Origin: Tubulanus polymorphus
Taxonomy: Eukaryota; Animalia; Nemertea
NCBI RefSeq assembly: GCF_964204645.1
Contig: NC_134025.1
Span: 7,750,001-7,814,000, forward strand
Direction of reading: 5' to 3'
Length of the DNA: 64,000 nt
The notes beneath the pieces are model-generated. The model worked only from the letters and a program-made list of their open reading frames with translations, was not told the origin of the DNA and searched no databases. The stretch's first letter is position 1. Each line of letters starts with the position of its first letter. The position numbers and the translations under genes are program-made. This document shows positions 43,461 to 56,205 of the stretch, piece after piece.

Positions 43461-44698
43461 AGTTAGTTACCTAATCGTTGGTGGTAAGCTTTTATAATCG
43501 GATGGGTGAAAATATCCGATTGTGAAACTAAACCACAGACAGGTTACTGACTAATTTGGCTGTAGCCTAATTGGCACGGATCAGGCTCGGATCGGGCCAA
43601 AACTGGCCCGCCCAAACCAGCCCATTTGGCAGTATGAAGAGTTCTTTCGTTCGAGTTCCTGTCATCTGTAGTATTTAACATTTTTTTTATGCAATTCCGC
43701 TAATTGATGTATGAAAAAGAAATATATATTGTACATGTTCAGTGACAAATACACTCCGTTTGATTAGAGAGTGGATCGGTAATGTTATTTCTTTAAAACA
43801 GTTATCAAACGATTCATCTAAAAGGTTCATTCTAACTTGGCAATAAATTTTGGAATGTGAGCCGGCGGTAATCCTCTCGAACACCAGAGCGGCAAAAGAT
43901 CAAGAATGCGACGGGAAGGCCAAATGCGGAGGCCACTCGGCGGGGATGTTTACCGAGGTTCGTAAAACATTGGGTCAACCTGATCTAATCGATCTTTGTT
44001 GATGGAGAAATAGTAACATCAGTGTGGTCCTTGAACCGAAGCCCCGGCAGCGGCGGCGGTGCAAATCTTTTTTTTCAGTGATGGTTACCGGCCCGTTTGT
44101 AAGTATAGTAACAATAAAGTGTATGTGAAGTAGAATTTGGATTGAATTGAGCCCGCATTAGAAACCATTCAAGGTCGTGTGGAGTAAATATTTTGGGCGT
44201 AAAAAAGTCCCACAAAGTTCATAAATTCTCTGCATATGCATATCCTTTATCCCCTTTATACTTTCCCTTCTTGATCTAGCGCTGTTATATCATGGATTCA
44301 ATCTGCTGTAAATTAGTAACTTAAGGATACAAACGGTAAAGTAGAGTCATTAAAAGAATTAAAAGAATATATGAAACAATCAAATTCAATTTCACCATAC
44401 CCCCCAAAATTCTTGAGATACTAAGCGATTAGGGTAATTTTTTATGAATGAAATTCATGTTACAGGACTAATGCATCATGAAAAGCTGATTCACCGGAAA
44501 TAATTCAAAATAGTTAATTTTTCGGCTAATTTTAGTAATTTTTTGCTAATGCTAATTAAGCATTTTTAATTCAAATTATCACCTATTAAAAGTTTACCCC
44601 TGTGTGTTTGTGTTTGTATGGTTTAGTTTCACGATTGGATATTTTCATAAACACATCCGATTTTAAAAGCTTACCACCAACAACTGTAGATAACTAAC
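43461..44698. repeat. Pair of ~75-bp imperfect inverted repeats 1.1 kb apart
   Basis: 43461-43535 (GTTAGTTACCTA..GTTGGTGGTAAGCTTTTATAATCGGATG..TGAAAATATCCGATTGTGAAACTAAACCA) matches the reverse complement of 44619-44698. Confidence 0.8.
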
Positions 44699-45408
44699 AA
44701 TTCCCGGTGCTGCGCTCTCTGCTGGAACCAATATTATTTCCTTTATTTTTCTTAAAAATTATTATGGCTAGAAACGATTATTAATTGATCACAAGAACAT
44801 TTTCAGTAACTCCAGGAGCTGTATCCATCGTTGAGTATCCTGTTGTATGATTAAGGTCTAGTACTAATTAGATGTGGCTACATCTGCGTGACATCAGAAA
44901 GTTTATCATATTGCTATCAAGCCGTTGGTGTAGCCATCATTACCATTGTTTTATTTAAGGCCTGTCACTTACACAACGATAAAAACTCAAATATGCAAGA
45001 AATCTCTTATGAATGATATTCATATCTAGAAGTGTATATTCAATAAGTTTTTGCTTGTTGTTTACGGTGCTGAATTTGGATGATGAACGCTTTTGAATGT
45101 ATATTTCAATTGTCCGTGTTGACATTAAATCCTGAATGGTTTTTTAAGTTTTAAGTAAGGTAAAACATTTATGATGGTATGAAATTAAAAACATTGCCTA
45201 CAATGTGTTTACAACTGGATACCATGTTTTAGTGCTGATTATAATCTAGGTTAATAAGGCCACTTAAATTCCTCCTTGGAGTACAGTAGTTGTATTGGTT
45301 AAGTGTTTTTGAGTACTTGAGATTTTTAGACCGCAAAGATTTTATCTATATCGAGTAAACTTTTGTACTTAATTGTCATTTGTTGCCCACTTCAGGTTTG
45401 ATGGCAGT

Positions 45409-48400
45409 ATGCCTGTTGTATCGGCCCGTATTCCAAATCGCAGACAAAAACACAGTCAAAATCGTCCCGTTCAACTCCGAGAGGGTCGACCAATTCCCAA
45501 CACATATGCGTGGTCCGTTACTTCTTCAGTTGAACCGAAGCAATCATTAAAACCGAAGATGCCAGCAAAACCTGGTCGTTTCATGAAGAATCTCAGTGGA
45601 AAAGTTGTATATTCACCAAATAAACCGGGCCCTATTAATTTTACTGTTGATTATAACTGGACACCGCAAGAGGCTGACCAGGTAAGGAAAATTCGATTTT
45701 CAAATCAGTGATTTTGTTCTTTCATGAACTAAGGCTGCCAACTTTATGTGGTTTGAAATTTATTCTTCTAAATTGAAAAATATTATAGCAAATTTCTGGA
45801 ACTCCAGTGGAATCTAATCATCCATTTGCCGGGACTCGGCGTCCTAAGTCTGCACCACCATCGAAGTGGAATTACATCGGTATGTTTATATTGTTTGAAA
45901 GTAATAATGTTGAATTCTGCCAAGGCCAATTTCAAGGCCATGATAATGCCATATTTTCATTTTTTTTAGATAATTCTGGTGGCCATACTCCAATATTTGT
46001 ACGTACAAATGTAATGAGAAAAATTTGGTCTATTGTAACAAACGTTCTTATTACATAATATCATCATCACTACCTTACATGCATTCCATTTCAGTCAACA
46101 ACAGAATTGAACGATGATGTTGTGTCCCAAAGATTTGTGTCTCCTAATTATGCCAAGAACAATTCTTTCTTACAAAGACCTAAGAGTGATGGACCGATAA
46201 ACAAACCTCAGTATCCTAACCACACACGATTGACGCCGACTGGTGCAGTTCAGTCACCACATGCTGAGCAGGTACAGTAGTCCGGTTTTTATGGAAACAT
46301 GACACCAGTATCGTAATCAATGGCTTAAAATTTTTTTCTGAAATTATCTAAAAACTAATTGTTTTAGACAACTAAATCTTAAGACCAAATAAAAAGGATC
46401 TGTGAAAAATTGTAGAAACAGTCAAAGTTCTATGTCTTGTCAGGGTGTTAAGGGATGATGTCATTATTTTCTATGTATAGTTCAGTGGTATGAATACAGG
46501 TCATGTATTATCAGTAGAAGAACGTTTACGATCACTAGTGAATCCATCTGCTGGAATTGCCGATGCAGAACCTCAAATATCCAAACCGGTGAGCAAGTGG
46601 ACAACTATCTTTTTAACCCCACTCTCTACCAAATGGGTCAGCTGATCAGCCTATTATTTGTAGCACTTTGAAGACAGTGACATTCTGTTGCCTCCGAAAA
46701 AAGACCGGACTGCATCTACGGATGATAGCGTGTTTTACGATAATGAAGCATTTGATGGATGTTATTCACCATTTCGTGGTATAGCCAAACAATTGGGCAC
46801 TAACTACATTGTAAGTACATTTATACTACTATACCAGTATATTCACTTTGTTTTATGCAACAAATTTTCTATTAAAGTATGATTAGTACTATAATGACTA
46901 TGACTATTTTCTATCAAAGTATGACTATTATATCTACTTATCTCTTGTAAGCTTGCTATCATGCAATTCTTGTTGAAGCTGTAGTATTTTTACTGAATCT
47001 CGTCGATAGTTTGCCTCAGATGCATGTGTTTTCTATCACAGCCATCCAGACCCTCGGAGAAGAAACCGGGTCCACGAGCTGAAGTAATTCTCAACCGTCC
47101 TTATCACACACCTACCACTGTACCACCTCCGTATCGCAAACTTCCGTCCTATCACCAGAGCACGGCTTTCATTAGAAACAATGAAAAGTATGATTCAAAT
47201 ACAATACATGTCTATTTTTATAATGCCAAGCTTCTCTCCTTTTAATGTTTCAACCAGGCTTTAATGATTTGTATGTTGTTTTCAGTCAAGATGAGCTTCA
47301 GGATATTTGTAATAGGTTAAACAAGATGCCTGAGAATAGTGTGCCAACTCAAATAACATCTAGTCAGGTTAGTGTATGAAATATTAATCTGTCATTGAAA
47401 TATCCTTTCCGGAGAGGATGATTCTCCTAGGCTAGATGTCTAGGTTGGGTAACCTTAGATTAACAAACATCTACTAGTAAAACTACTATAAATATATAAA
47501 AAAATCAAGAATATTATTTGAATTATTTTGCAGCCAATTCTATCCAAGTCTCCCATCAGACAAGTTCAGGCTAATGCACTAATGTCAGAACAAACATCGT
47601 CAAGACCAACGCCGGTAGGAGAAAGCTCGCCGAGCAGTCGTAATTCTAGTTTTCTGAGCGCTTTGGGAGAAGGTTACATTAGCTACAGCAAACCGGGAAT
47701 GTATCCTCATTTTACGAACACTTCATCAGTTACCGTCCCGCTGACTACGCCCAGCGGTCCTCAGATTTCAACGCGTCCAAAGGATTACTATTTTCCACAG
47801 TATCATGTCCCGGAAAAGATTAGCTCGGCTGTACTAGAAACATCAAAAATGAAAAATCAAGGATATTACGGGTTTGGCATACAGTTGATGCCCAGCGATA
47901 CGATTAATATGCAAAAACGAATTAATAATCCGGCTGGTTTGAATTCCACTCAGGTGCCTCAGAGGTCTAGGCAACATGAAATAAATGAACTGAATCAGAA
48001 ATCTCAACTCGTCAAGAGCGTACAAGATTCTTCAGCTGAGGCTGGTGAATCAAAATTGTTGCATCATGCTAATGATAGAATTGAACAATTATCTGAATCT
48101 CAACCAGTTCAGTTTAGCGAATCGGATCATGAAGATTCATCTCATAACTCTGGAAATATTCCAAAACTCGGGGATCCATTTTCCGAGCTGCATATGGAGT
48201 TTTTGCGGCCGTTAGCTAGCGACGAGGAATCGATGAGGTCTGTTACGCCACCACTGCCTCCACTTTCACCGACCACATCGGTTACTTCATCTCCTTCACC
48301 GTCACATCAGATCACACTGCAGTCTTCATCGCTTAAGCAGTCACCTCCAGCTCCTGATTTGCTCACTAATACAAATGAAATAAGCCTGTCACCGACGAGG

Positions 48401-49912
48401 GGCGCTGGCAGTCCACATGTTGAGGTGAAGAGGCGAAGATCAGTTTCACGTTTGACCAGGAACGCAAGCTATGAAAAACGTCTACTAAGACAAGGTGAGA
48501 AAATTAGCGTCTCCCCGATCCTATTCTTACCTGATGTACTGTACAGATTTTAAGATTCTACTTTTATTTGATTTTATATTAAATTACGAGATGAGTAGTA
48601 CTATATTCACCTGATGAAGCTTCTATACATTAGTAGCGCAAGCTCGTGCGTCAAATAAATGGTAAACCTATATAGTACTACTCATCTCATTATTTATTCA
48701 AAACCCGGTTAACACGGCTACTCAACGAATCTTTTTATATTGAATACAGGAATAAATGAATCTTCTGAGAGTGATATCGAAATTTCCTCGAGTTCCCCCG
48801 ATCGAAGCAGAAGCAGTCCGATACGGATAATTACTCCGAGTAATCAGATTGAGTCGCATGACGCGGCAATCATACACAAAAAACTAGATGGCCTCGAAGT
48901 GATGTACCACGAAATTCTGAAAATGTTGGGCATAGAAAAAGATTTTGTTATTAGTGCTCGGAGGAACTCGACCAGCTCAATAGATATGGGGAAGCCGGCT
49001 GCCAGATTTCTTAATGTATCTGCTCAGAAGACAAGACACAAGGATATGAAGTATGTAATGTATTCTTTAACCGCTTATTTCTTGGAAAACTAGGATTTGC
49101 CTCTAAATTTGAATAATTTGATGTTTTTCAAGATTAATCGATAAACGATTTGCACGACTTGAATCTCATGTCGTTACACTGGCAAGAAGTGTGGCTCACT
49201 TGTCATCTGAAATGAGACAACACAACGTTCTAATCGACGAACTGGAATCTGTTAAACAAGAACTATTCACCTTGAAGCAGCAACAGAACAACATAGGCGG
49301 TGCCCATTCGGATAGACCGTTGACCGAATGGGAAAAATTCCGTAAATGGGTCTCGAGTATCACTAATCCAAGAAGGGTGAATAAGCTAAGAAAGTATGTT
49401 ATTGTACTACAGCTTCAATGCATTTGACGCTTCATACTCATAATAAAAGTATAATATTTATTTACATAGAATATCTAAAAAAATTGTTTACAGACATGTA
49501 GCGATAAAATGAAAAACAGCAGACAAATATTAGACAATAGTATAATGAATATAAAACAGTTCATTCTACATTAACCCTCATAAAATTTTGTAATTAATTT
49601 GACAGGTTTTTTGGCCAAGATCCTTTACTACATTTATTTCTGGAAAAGTTGGGATATGAGGTAAGCCACATTTACTGAATATTACTTGTTTTTGCTCTTA
49701 AAAAGCGGCAATTGAGTTCAATTTCTTTTATATGGTATTTTCAGAAATACGCTCAAAGGCTAGATGCTGAAAAGATTGGAATGATCGAGTTGCCTTACCT
49801 CACTGAAGATCGGCTACAAAAGATAGGCATTCCAATGGGACCACGTCTTAGAATACTTCAAGAAGCACAACTGTGTTTCAGGCAGGAAAACTTGGACATA
49901 TATATTATTTGA
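45409..49912 (+). CDS. Large, mostly disordered protein with C-terminal coiled coil and SAM domain (~932 aa, 13 coding exons)
   Basis: Phase-consistent exons: 45409-45681, 45789-45879, 45970-45998, 46095-46271, 46481-46588, 46664-46810, 47042-47187, 47286-47367, 47534-48494, 48750-49050, 49133-49393, 49606-49660, 49745-49912 (2799 nt). Coiled coil RFARLESHVVTLARSVAHLSSEMRQ..ELESVKQEL; SAM domain LFLEKLGYEKYAQRLDAEKIGMIELPYLTEDRLQKIGIPMGPRLRILQEAQ. Start ATG follows an acceptor at 45395; the true N-terminus is less certain. Confidence 0.85.
48587..48689. mobile_element. Small intronic MITE (Tourist/Harbinger-like)
   Basis: Perfect 19-bp inverted repeat GAGATGAGTAGTACTATAT (48588-48606) / 48670-48688; TTA on both sides one base further out; lies in intron 9 of the SAM gene. 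Confidence 0.7.
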
Positions 49913-50059
49913 TCATCAAAAAGTAGCCAGTGATATATAAGAAATCAGGCATAATACTTAGTAATAGAAATAGTAATTTAATTTCTATAGTGCCCTTTTC
50001 ACTGTGATACAATGTTCGACGGCGCTTTCCATTAATTGGTATTATTACCCCGAGCCTAT

Positions 50060-50518
50060 AACTCTAACAATTTATCTGTCACCTCTCCATGGGTGACTGA
50101 AGTAACATCAGAGCAGCCGCTAGGCGCTCGGGTGTCATCTATCAGGCCAGTTACCCATTTACTCCTGGATGAAGCAGGGTCTGATCTAAGGAATGAAAGC
50201 CACTTGCCCGGTGGGCATGCATATCTGAAATTTCGCTTGCCCCCTCCAAAAGCTACTTGCCCTACACAGGTTGTCCAATTAGTGGATCTATCATCTGTTG
50301 TATCGACTGGGAAAAAAGCTTTGTGACGTAAAATTGCACTAGCCTGGTGGACAAGTGATAATGATAACCTACTTGCCCTGATGAGAATATACTTGTCCCG
50401 GGCAATCGGACAAGTGCTTAGATCAGACCCTGTGAAGGGGGATAAGTGGATAAGTGTCTTGCCCGGGGACAATGTATGGGGTTCAAACCCACGACCACGA
50501 GCTCTAACCGCTCGCTCA
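50060..50518 (-). mobile_element. tRNA-derived SINE with Nin/Deu-like core, interrupted by the MITE
   Basis: Minus strand reads A-box-like GCGAGCGGTTAGAGC, B-box-like GGGTTTGAACCCC, then TGTCCCCGGGCAAGACACTT...[insert]...TCCAGGAGTAAATGGGTAAC, resembling the conserved Nin/Deu SINE core. 3' boundary approximate. Confidence 0.65.
50175..50432. mobile_element. Non-autonomous DNA transposon (MITE), hAT-like termini with 5-bp TSD (hAT5-type)
   Basis: Perfect 16-bp TIRs CAGGGTCTGATCTAAG (50175-50190) / CTTAGATCAGACCCTG (50417-50432); TGAAG duplicated at 50170-50174 and 50433-50437; repeated internal CTTGCCC motifs. Confidence 0.85.
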
Positions 50519-53500
50519 ATAAAAATACTCAATAAATACTTATGTTATTTATTGTCTTTGTGGTCGTTTTTGAGAATCATTTACCTTATTAAACGTTTTT
50601 CAAGTTGCCAGTATTTCACTCATTCTGCTGTTACATTGCCATATGGAATGGTTCTTGCCAATTATAATGTCTTTGTTAGTATCTCTTGTTTGTTTGTATC
50701 CGGCTTTATATCATTTGGATCTTATCATAAATATGTCTGTATTGCAGATTTTGTTACATTGATGATTTTCTTGGTTTGCATAGTTGGTTAAATGATTATT
50801 TATTTGTTTACTGTATCTATATTTGAGCCATTATGTAGGATCACTGTCCAGTTTTCTTTGTTGCCCTGGACATGTCCCTAAGTTGCCATTTTCCATTCTT
50901 TCTTTATTTCGAAGAAAATGTATCATTGTTAGATTTAATGTACCGTGTTTCATGCAAGGCAATTTTTACATTCAAGATGTTCATGGAATAGTAGCAGCGT
51001 GCGTCAATATAGTGAAGCATGTAGCTCTGTACAGTTTATGCTGAAATGCTGATAATGTATACAACACATGTAGTAGTTCACGATATTTGTTTGATTTGTA
51101 GAGTTCCCTGTCTGTGCATTGTCTATTTGTTTATAATGAAGTCACCCGACGTTTTTTCGCTCTAATAACAATAATCTAAATTGTCAGAGGTGCATATTTT
51201 TGTCTAATTTGAAAAAGGTTGGGACAGGTTCCACAATTCTTGGGTTCTGTTTGAATCTAGAGAAATGAAATTAGTTAATTTCCAATACTCTTACCCTAGA
51301 GTCAGATTATAACCGAGAACTATAAAATTGCATCCTGATTTCTTGGGAGTTTCCAGGGGGATTGGTTTTGTGGCTCTGGACTCATACCTTCCCATTGAGA
51401 TTGCCCTTTCAATACAAAGATCATTAAAACCTGCAAATCTTCATATTTCGCCAAAAATATCTAACGAGGGTGGGACCCTGGCGTTCCAATTTTCCTGGAT
51501 CAGCCCCTAGTCTCACAGTACTGTTTGTTAAACCACATACCCGGTAGTAAAAGTACTGTGCAAGAAGTTGGCTGCTGATATTTTCTGGTTGTGATGTAAT
51601 CTTTCGTATGTTTTTGTATGAAGGTTACGTAGAATGTACTTATATAATTGCAGCAGTCTTTCGTATTATATTTTTGTTTTCTGAAGTGGTAGAAGTGTTC
51701 GCTTACACTTCTATACCGAAACATCTCCAGACAAGCAGTCTGCCAGAATTGATCATGCACACAGCTTGTATTTCATTGAAGTTTGTCCATCATATAGGTT
51801 GTTTCCACGAATCTGCAAATCAATGGCATTTGCTGTTGGTAAACAGCAGTCTGTATGTACATGCCACCGTGGAACTAACTGATTAGCCTATCTCTTCCTG
51901 GAAAGGCGTCTGTGTAAGAATAGTGTTTGAACCTTTCAACTTATACTATTAGAAACTAGGTCTGATTAATATATCAATGTGTTTTCATTATCACAGGTAG
52001 CAGCTATGAGTGAATACCAATTTGTTGTATACCGGTTTGTTGGGTTATAAAGCCAAAAAACAGCATAATGATGTATTTAAATAACAATAAGATGACCTAA
52101 ATATAGTCAGAGACAACCCCAGTAAGGGGATAATTATGTCTAATGATCAATCCATCAGTCACACTATATTTATCTATGATATGTACATCATATTCAATCA
52201 ATGTTATCTGAATATCTCTTCCAATTCAAAATATTGATATAGCATAGGTAACATGCAGGTCAGTTTTATCAAAATTTGGTGCTACCTTAATAAAAAATCT
52301 TGGCCAAACACATGGGAAAATTAAGCTATTTACCATTTAATCAAACAATGATTTAATCATGAAAAATATTATACTTTTATATTTTAATATAATTTATTTA
52401 TACCTCTTACTTTTCTGTGATAAACCAAAATAAATTGATGTTTGTCAATAAGCAGTTTGTTATTAGGTTGCTGGTTCTAATGCCCCTTTTCTTTCGAATT
52501 GGCTATTTGTTGGATTTGATTGAAATGAAGAAAATGAACAATGTTTTCCAGATTATTTCTTGATTCTCCACTAGTGGCCTTCCTTTTTTTGAGTATCCTG
52601 GGAGGAAGGATTCTATAGTCATTCAAGACTCCTTTGTAAAAGCATATCAATACAATCAATGATGATCCACTAACAAATGAACTCAATTCACATGTATTTT
52701 TCAAATTGAACCCACATTTTATTTTAAATTTCACCACTTCAAAAATACATTGCCTAGGAACGTTAACACCAGGTCTCAAACTCATGAAAATAATCCATCC
52801 ATACAGCTTTTTAATAATAAAATAATACTTCAGACAACTATATACACGTACATTGATATTCATCAACTCCCATAGCATCACCAAGTTTAGAGCAATATTG
52901 TGGAATAAGCCATTAGTTGAAATATAATGCAAGTGTGGAAAAACTATTATTACTGGCCTTTTAAAAAGACACATTCATTAAAATCTTTTAACACTTATAA
53001 TATCCAAAATGCCCTAATATGTTCCGATACAAATTTATATATACTGTAGAAGTTATATTCAAATAGGCCTACTAATTAAGTTTGTTATAATACATTAATT
53101 TTTTGAGAGTATTTCTTCATTTGAAAAAAAACTACATTTCTGAGAAACCATACAGGAGAAATCTAACAAAGATTGTTCAACCAGCATTACTGAGAAGCCC
53201 GGGTTTAAATGAACACATTGCTCACTTCAGTTGTCAGGTGGGCTAATATTCTATATAACCTGAACACAATACATATATATATATATATATATCAGCAGGA
53301 ATATAGTTTATTTCTAAATGTCGACAAAGATTTAGCACATTTTCATTGTATAATGTTATACACAGTTCAGAGTAGCACATTTCAAGTTAAATTGTGAAAG
53401 GACAGGGGAATGGTATTGCTTTATTATTAGACAGTTGAATTACAATTTTGAACACTGTATATAAAAAAAAATTTCTATTTGATTGACAGAGTTTTAGGGA

Positions 53501-54195
53501 TTAATGGGAAATCCTGCCTTGACTGTTGATTTGATAATAACCTTAATGCAGACAACCTACATTCAACACAATCTTTTTTAATCGCGTAGCATCATTTTAA
53601 ATGATAAAACTTTCAATCAAAGGAAATTAATGTTTTACATTGGCTAATAACATTTTCAATGTTGCAACTAGTAATAAGCACAGACAAGCCGATTCAAATT
53701 TCATTCAACCTTGCAGGGAATTTCTCTTACCTATTTCATTTAATGAACACAAGTCACATAAATTAATAATACACATTCATTTTTTTTTTCAATTTTCATT
53801 TTCGTCATCTCTCCAAATACGGAACATTCAAACAATAATCACTGCATAGTAAATTTATCGTATCCAATTCGCAAAAATCTTTAACTACATTTTTCCTATA
53901 ATATATACAAGTACGATATTAACCCATTCCTAATTCAAATAGTCTAGTTCTAAACTAATGCAAAGAGGTCATCCATCAAGGTAGACCAGTCTGATTTATT
54001 GTTGAAGGCACGAACAGCTGGTCTGATTGCTTGTTTGAAATAGACAACTAGTTAATGTTTAACCAGACTTATTCAATAACTGGTTTACAGTGATGCTGAC
54101 CTCGCGCTAAAGATATACATTATTCCTTCAACTTTGAAAATAACACACCTAGAGATACTAGGGACCTTTCATTTGAAGCCTGTTTCGAAGTCGAC

Positions 54196-54899
54196 TTACT
54201 CTTTGAGGGAAATGACTTTCGGTTTAGTGTGGACGTCACCGGTTTCCTTAACTTTTTTGTGCCATTCTTTGTTATATTCTTCAACACTGTGGCCGTGGTT
54301 ATGAGTGGTTTTTCCACTAAATATCATGGCTATGCAGGCTACTGAAGTAATGAATATCATACCGATGCTCATACGGATACGGAACCAATCTCTTCCTCTC
54401 TTCATCTTTGCCACCCTAAAATAAATTAAACAAATAGCCTAAGTAGGCAGTTGGGGTAGGCGTAGGGCATTATTTGATGATAAATTTTATAATATAGATG
54501 CTTCCAATCACTAGTTTTATGAATCTAGAACGGCAAAAAATTACTTACGACACTTTGTCCGGAACATCCGACAGGTTTTTGTATATTTTAGACCACGCCA
54601 TCACCTTCTTATCAAAATTCGATAATGTAACATATTCTTTCTTGACTTCTTGCTTTGCTGAAAATATCAAGAAATATGTATATTAATGAATAAATTGATG
54701 ATAAATCGTTTTGACTTTTTTACTATGTGACCGTAACGTGCTGCCACCACACATCAATTATCGAAAACACAAATAATGGGCAAAAAAGCTAAGCAGAAAA
54801 ACATTTATATTTACCCGCTGTAGATGCACCACTGCAGAATCGCGAACTATTCTGAACTAATCCCCGCGATGCACGAAATAATCTACTTATGGACAACAT
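54196..54899 (-). CDS. FAM162: FAM162 (UPF0389) family mitochondrial membrane protein (~137 aa, 3 coding exons)
   Basis: Exons 54899-54815, 54657-54549, 54415-54196 splice in frame (414 nt). Arg/Ser-rich acid-free presequence MLSISRLFRASRGLVQNSSRFCS, then FDKKVMAWSKIYKNLSDVPDKVSVAKMKRGRDWFRIRMSIGMIFITSVACIAMIFSGK, matching the FAM162A pattern (KKILIWSGRFK..IPETVS..RVKISYLMIALTVVGCIFMVIEGK, from recall). Confidence 0.88.
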
Positions 54900-55700
54900 A
54901 GTGCAATTTGAGAGACAATAAATACTGAGTCGAAAAAACAGTTGTTTTTAACGTACTTTTTCACGATACTTCGCCCGAGACGATGAGGTTACATTCGAGT
55001 ATACCCTAACAATACAACGTCTTGGACATTTATATATTTTCCAAGCTAGAATTTCTCAGAAATCCGGCTAAATAGCAAAAGTCTAGATATTAGTTAGAAA
55101 TCCATAACACGAAATCGAATGAATCGTCCCTCAGATGACCTACGACTATATATAGAAATAAGCCGTAATTAGCAAGGGGTTAATCAAATTTACCCCAATC
55201 ATAAAAGTAAAATTCTGTCCTGAAAATCACAGATCGCGTATATTTCATCTAGCATATCATTGTCAAACATTCATTACATTTCTTTTATTTATTATTTCTA
55301 CTGCTTGATATCTTTCTACCTCTATTTCATATCTCATTAATTGATAAAATTAAGATAAATGTGTCGTCACGACGTTTCGTCCACTCTATTTTCTTCCCGA
55401 CAGATTCAACTTTATTCGATAGATGGCAGCACGTCGAAAATATGAGAAAATTTCATTAAATCGGGTAATTATTTCGTTGTTTCTATGCATAAATGTTTTT
55501 GATTGCTGTGATATAGTGTACACATGTTGCGCTAACTATGAGTGAAGTAATATTTGCTCGTGTGGTTTCGATTTCTTAACCTTAACCTAAGAAGCTCTGC
55601 ATTTTTAATTTGGACGCACTAATTATCGATTAAAAACATCACCCGATCGACTACGGTTGCTTCTCAGCAAAATCCTTTTTCATATTCTGTTATAGGTGTT
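54900..55700. promoter_or_regulatory. Probable bidirectional promoter region shared by FAM162 and ZUP1
   Basis: Start codons diverge 1.3 kb apart; ZUP1 ATG is preceded by an acceptor at 56184, implying upstream 5'UTR exon(s); YY1-like AGATGGCAGC at 55421-55430. Confidence 0.5.
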
Positions 55701-56205
55701 CAGCGGAAATCAAATCATGCCTATATCTGGACTGGGGCTTCTGGCTCAATTATTATTCAGTGACGTTCTTTATAGACTCAGTTTGAGAATAACGTTGAAT
55801 TTGAAGTGTGAAGGTTCAGTGGTTGTTTTCTATGTTTCTACAACGTTTGTTTTTGTTGATGTGAATCATAATGTGGCTGATACGAGGCCTCAAACTTAAT
55901 TGTTATGGAACTGAACATTTACCAACTTTCAGCTTGAATCCATAGTTTCATTCCAATGAGTGTCCAACATTTTCGGCATTTTACGATAGTTTCTGTTATA
56001 GGCAGGTTAAGAAACCGCATGTTCAGGGGGCTAGTGCCTGCTCTATTAATACCACAAATTTGAGCATCTGCCGCAGTCACTGACTCCTAGTGGTAGTAGA
56101 TATCTAAAAGCGTGCTTCTATGAAAACTTTTCTCGTTAAAAACACTTCATACAAATTTAAGTTCATTTTCTTTTTGTTTTTCAGTGCTCATTTATTTGAT
56201 TGACG

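Noticed and set aside
50036-50791. Overlapping 96-158 aa ORFs on both strands
   Set aside because: Fall on the SINE/MITE composite and 3'UTR; no protein motifs.
52477-52974. 165-aa minus-strand ORF
   Set aside because: Composition mirrors AT-rich noncoding DNA between convergent 3' ends; no domain.
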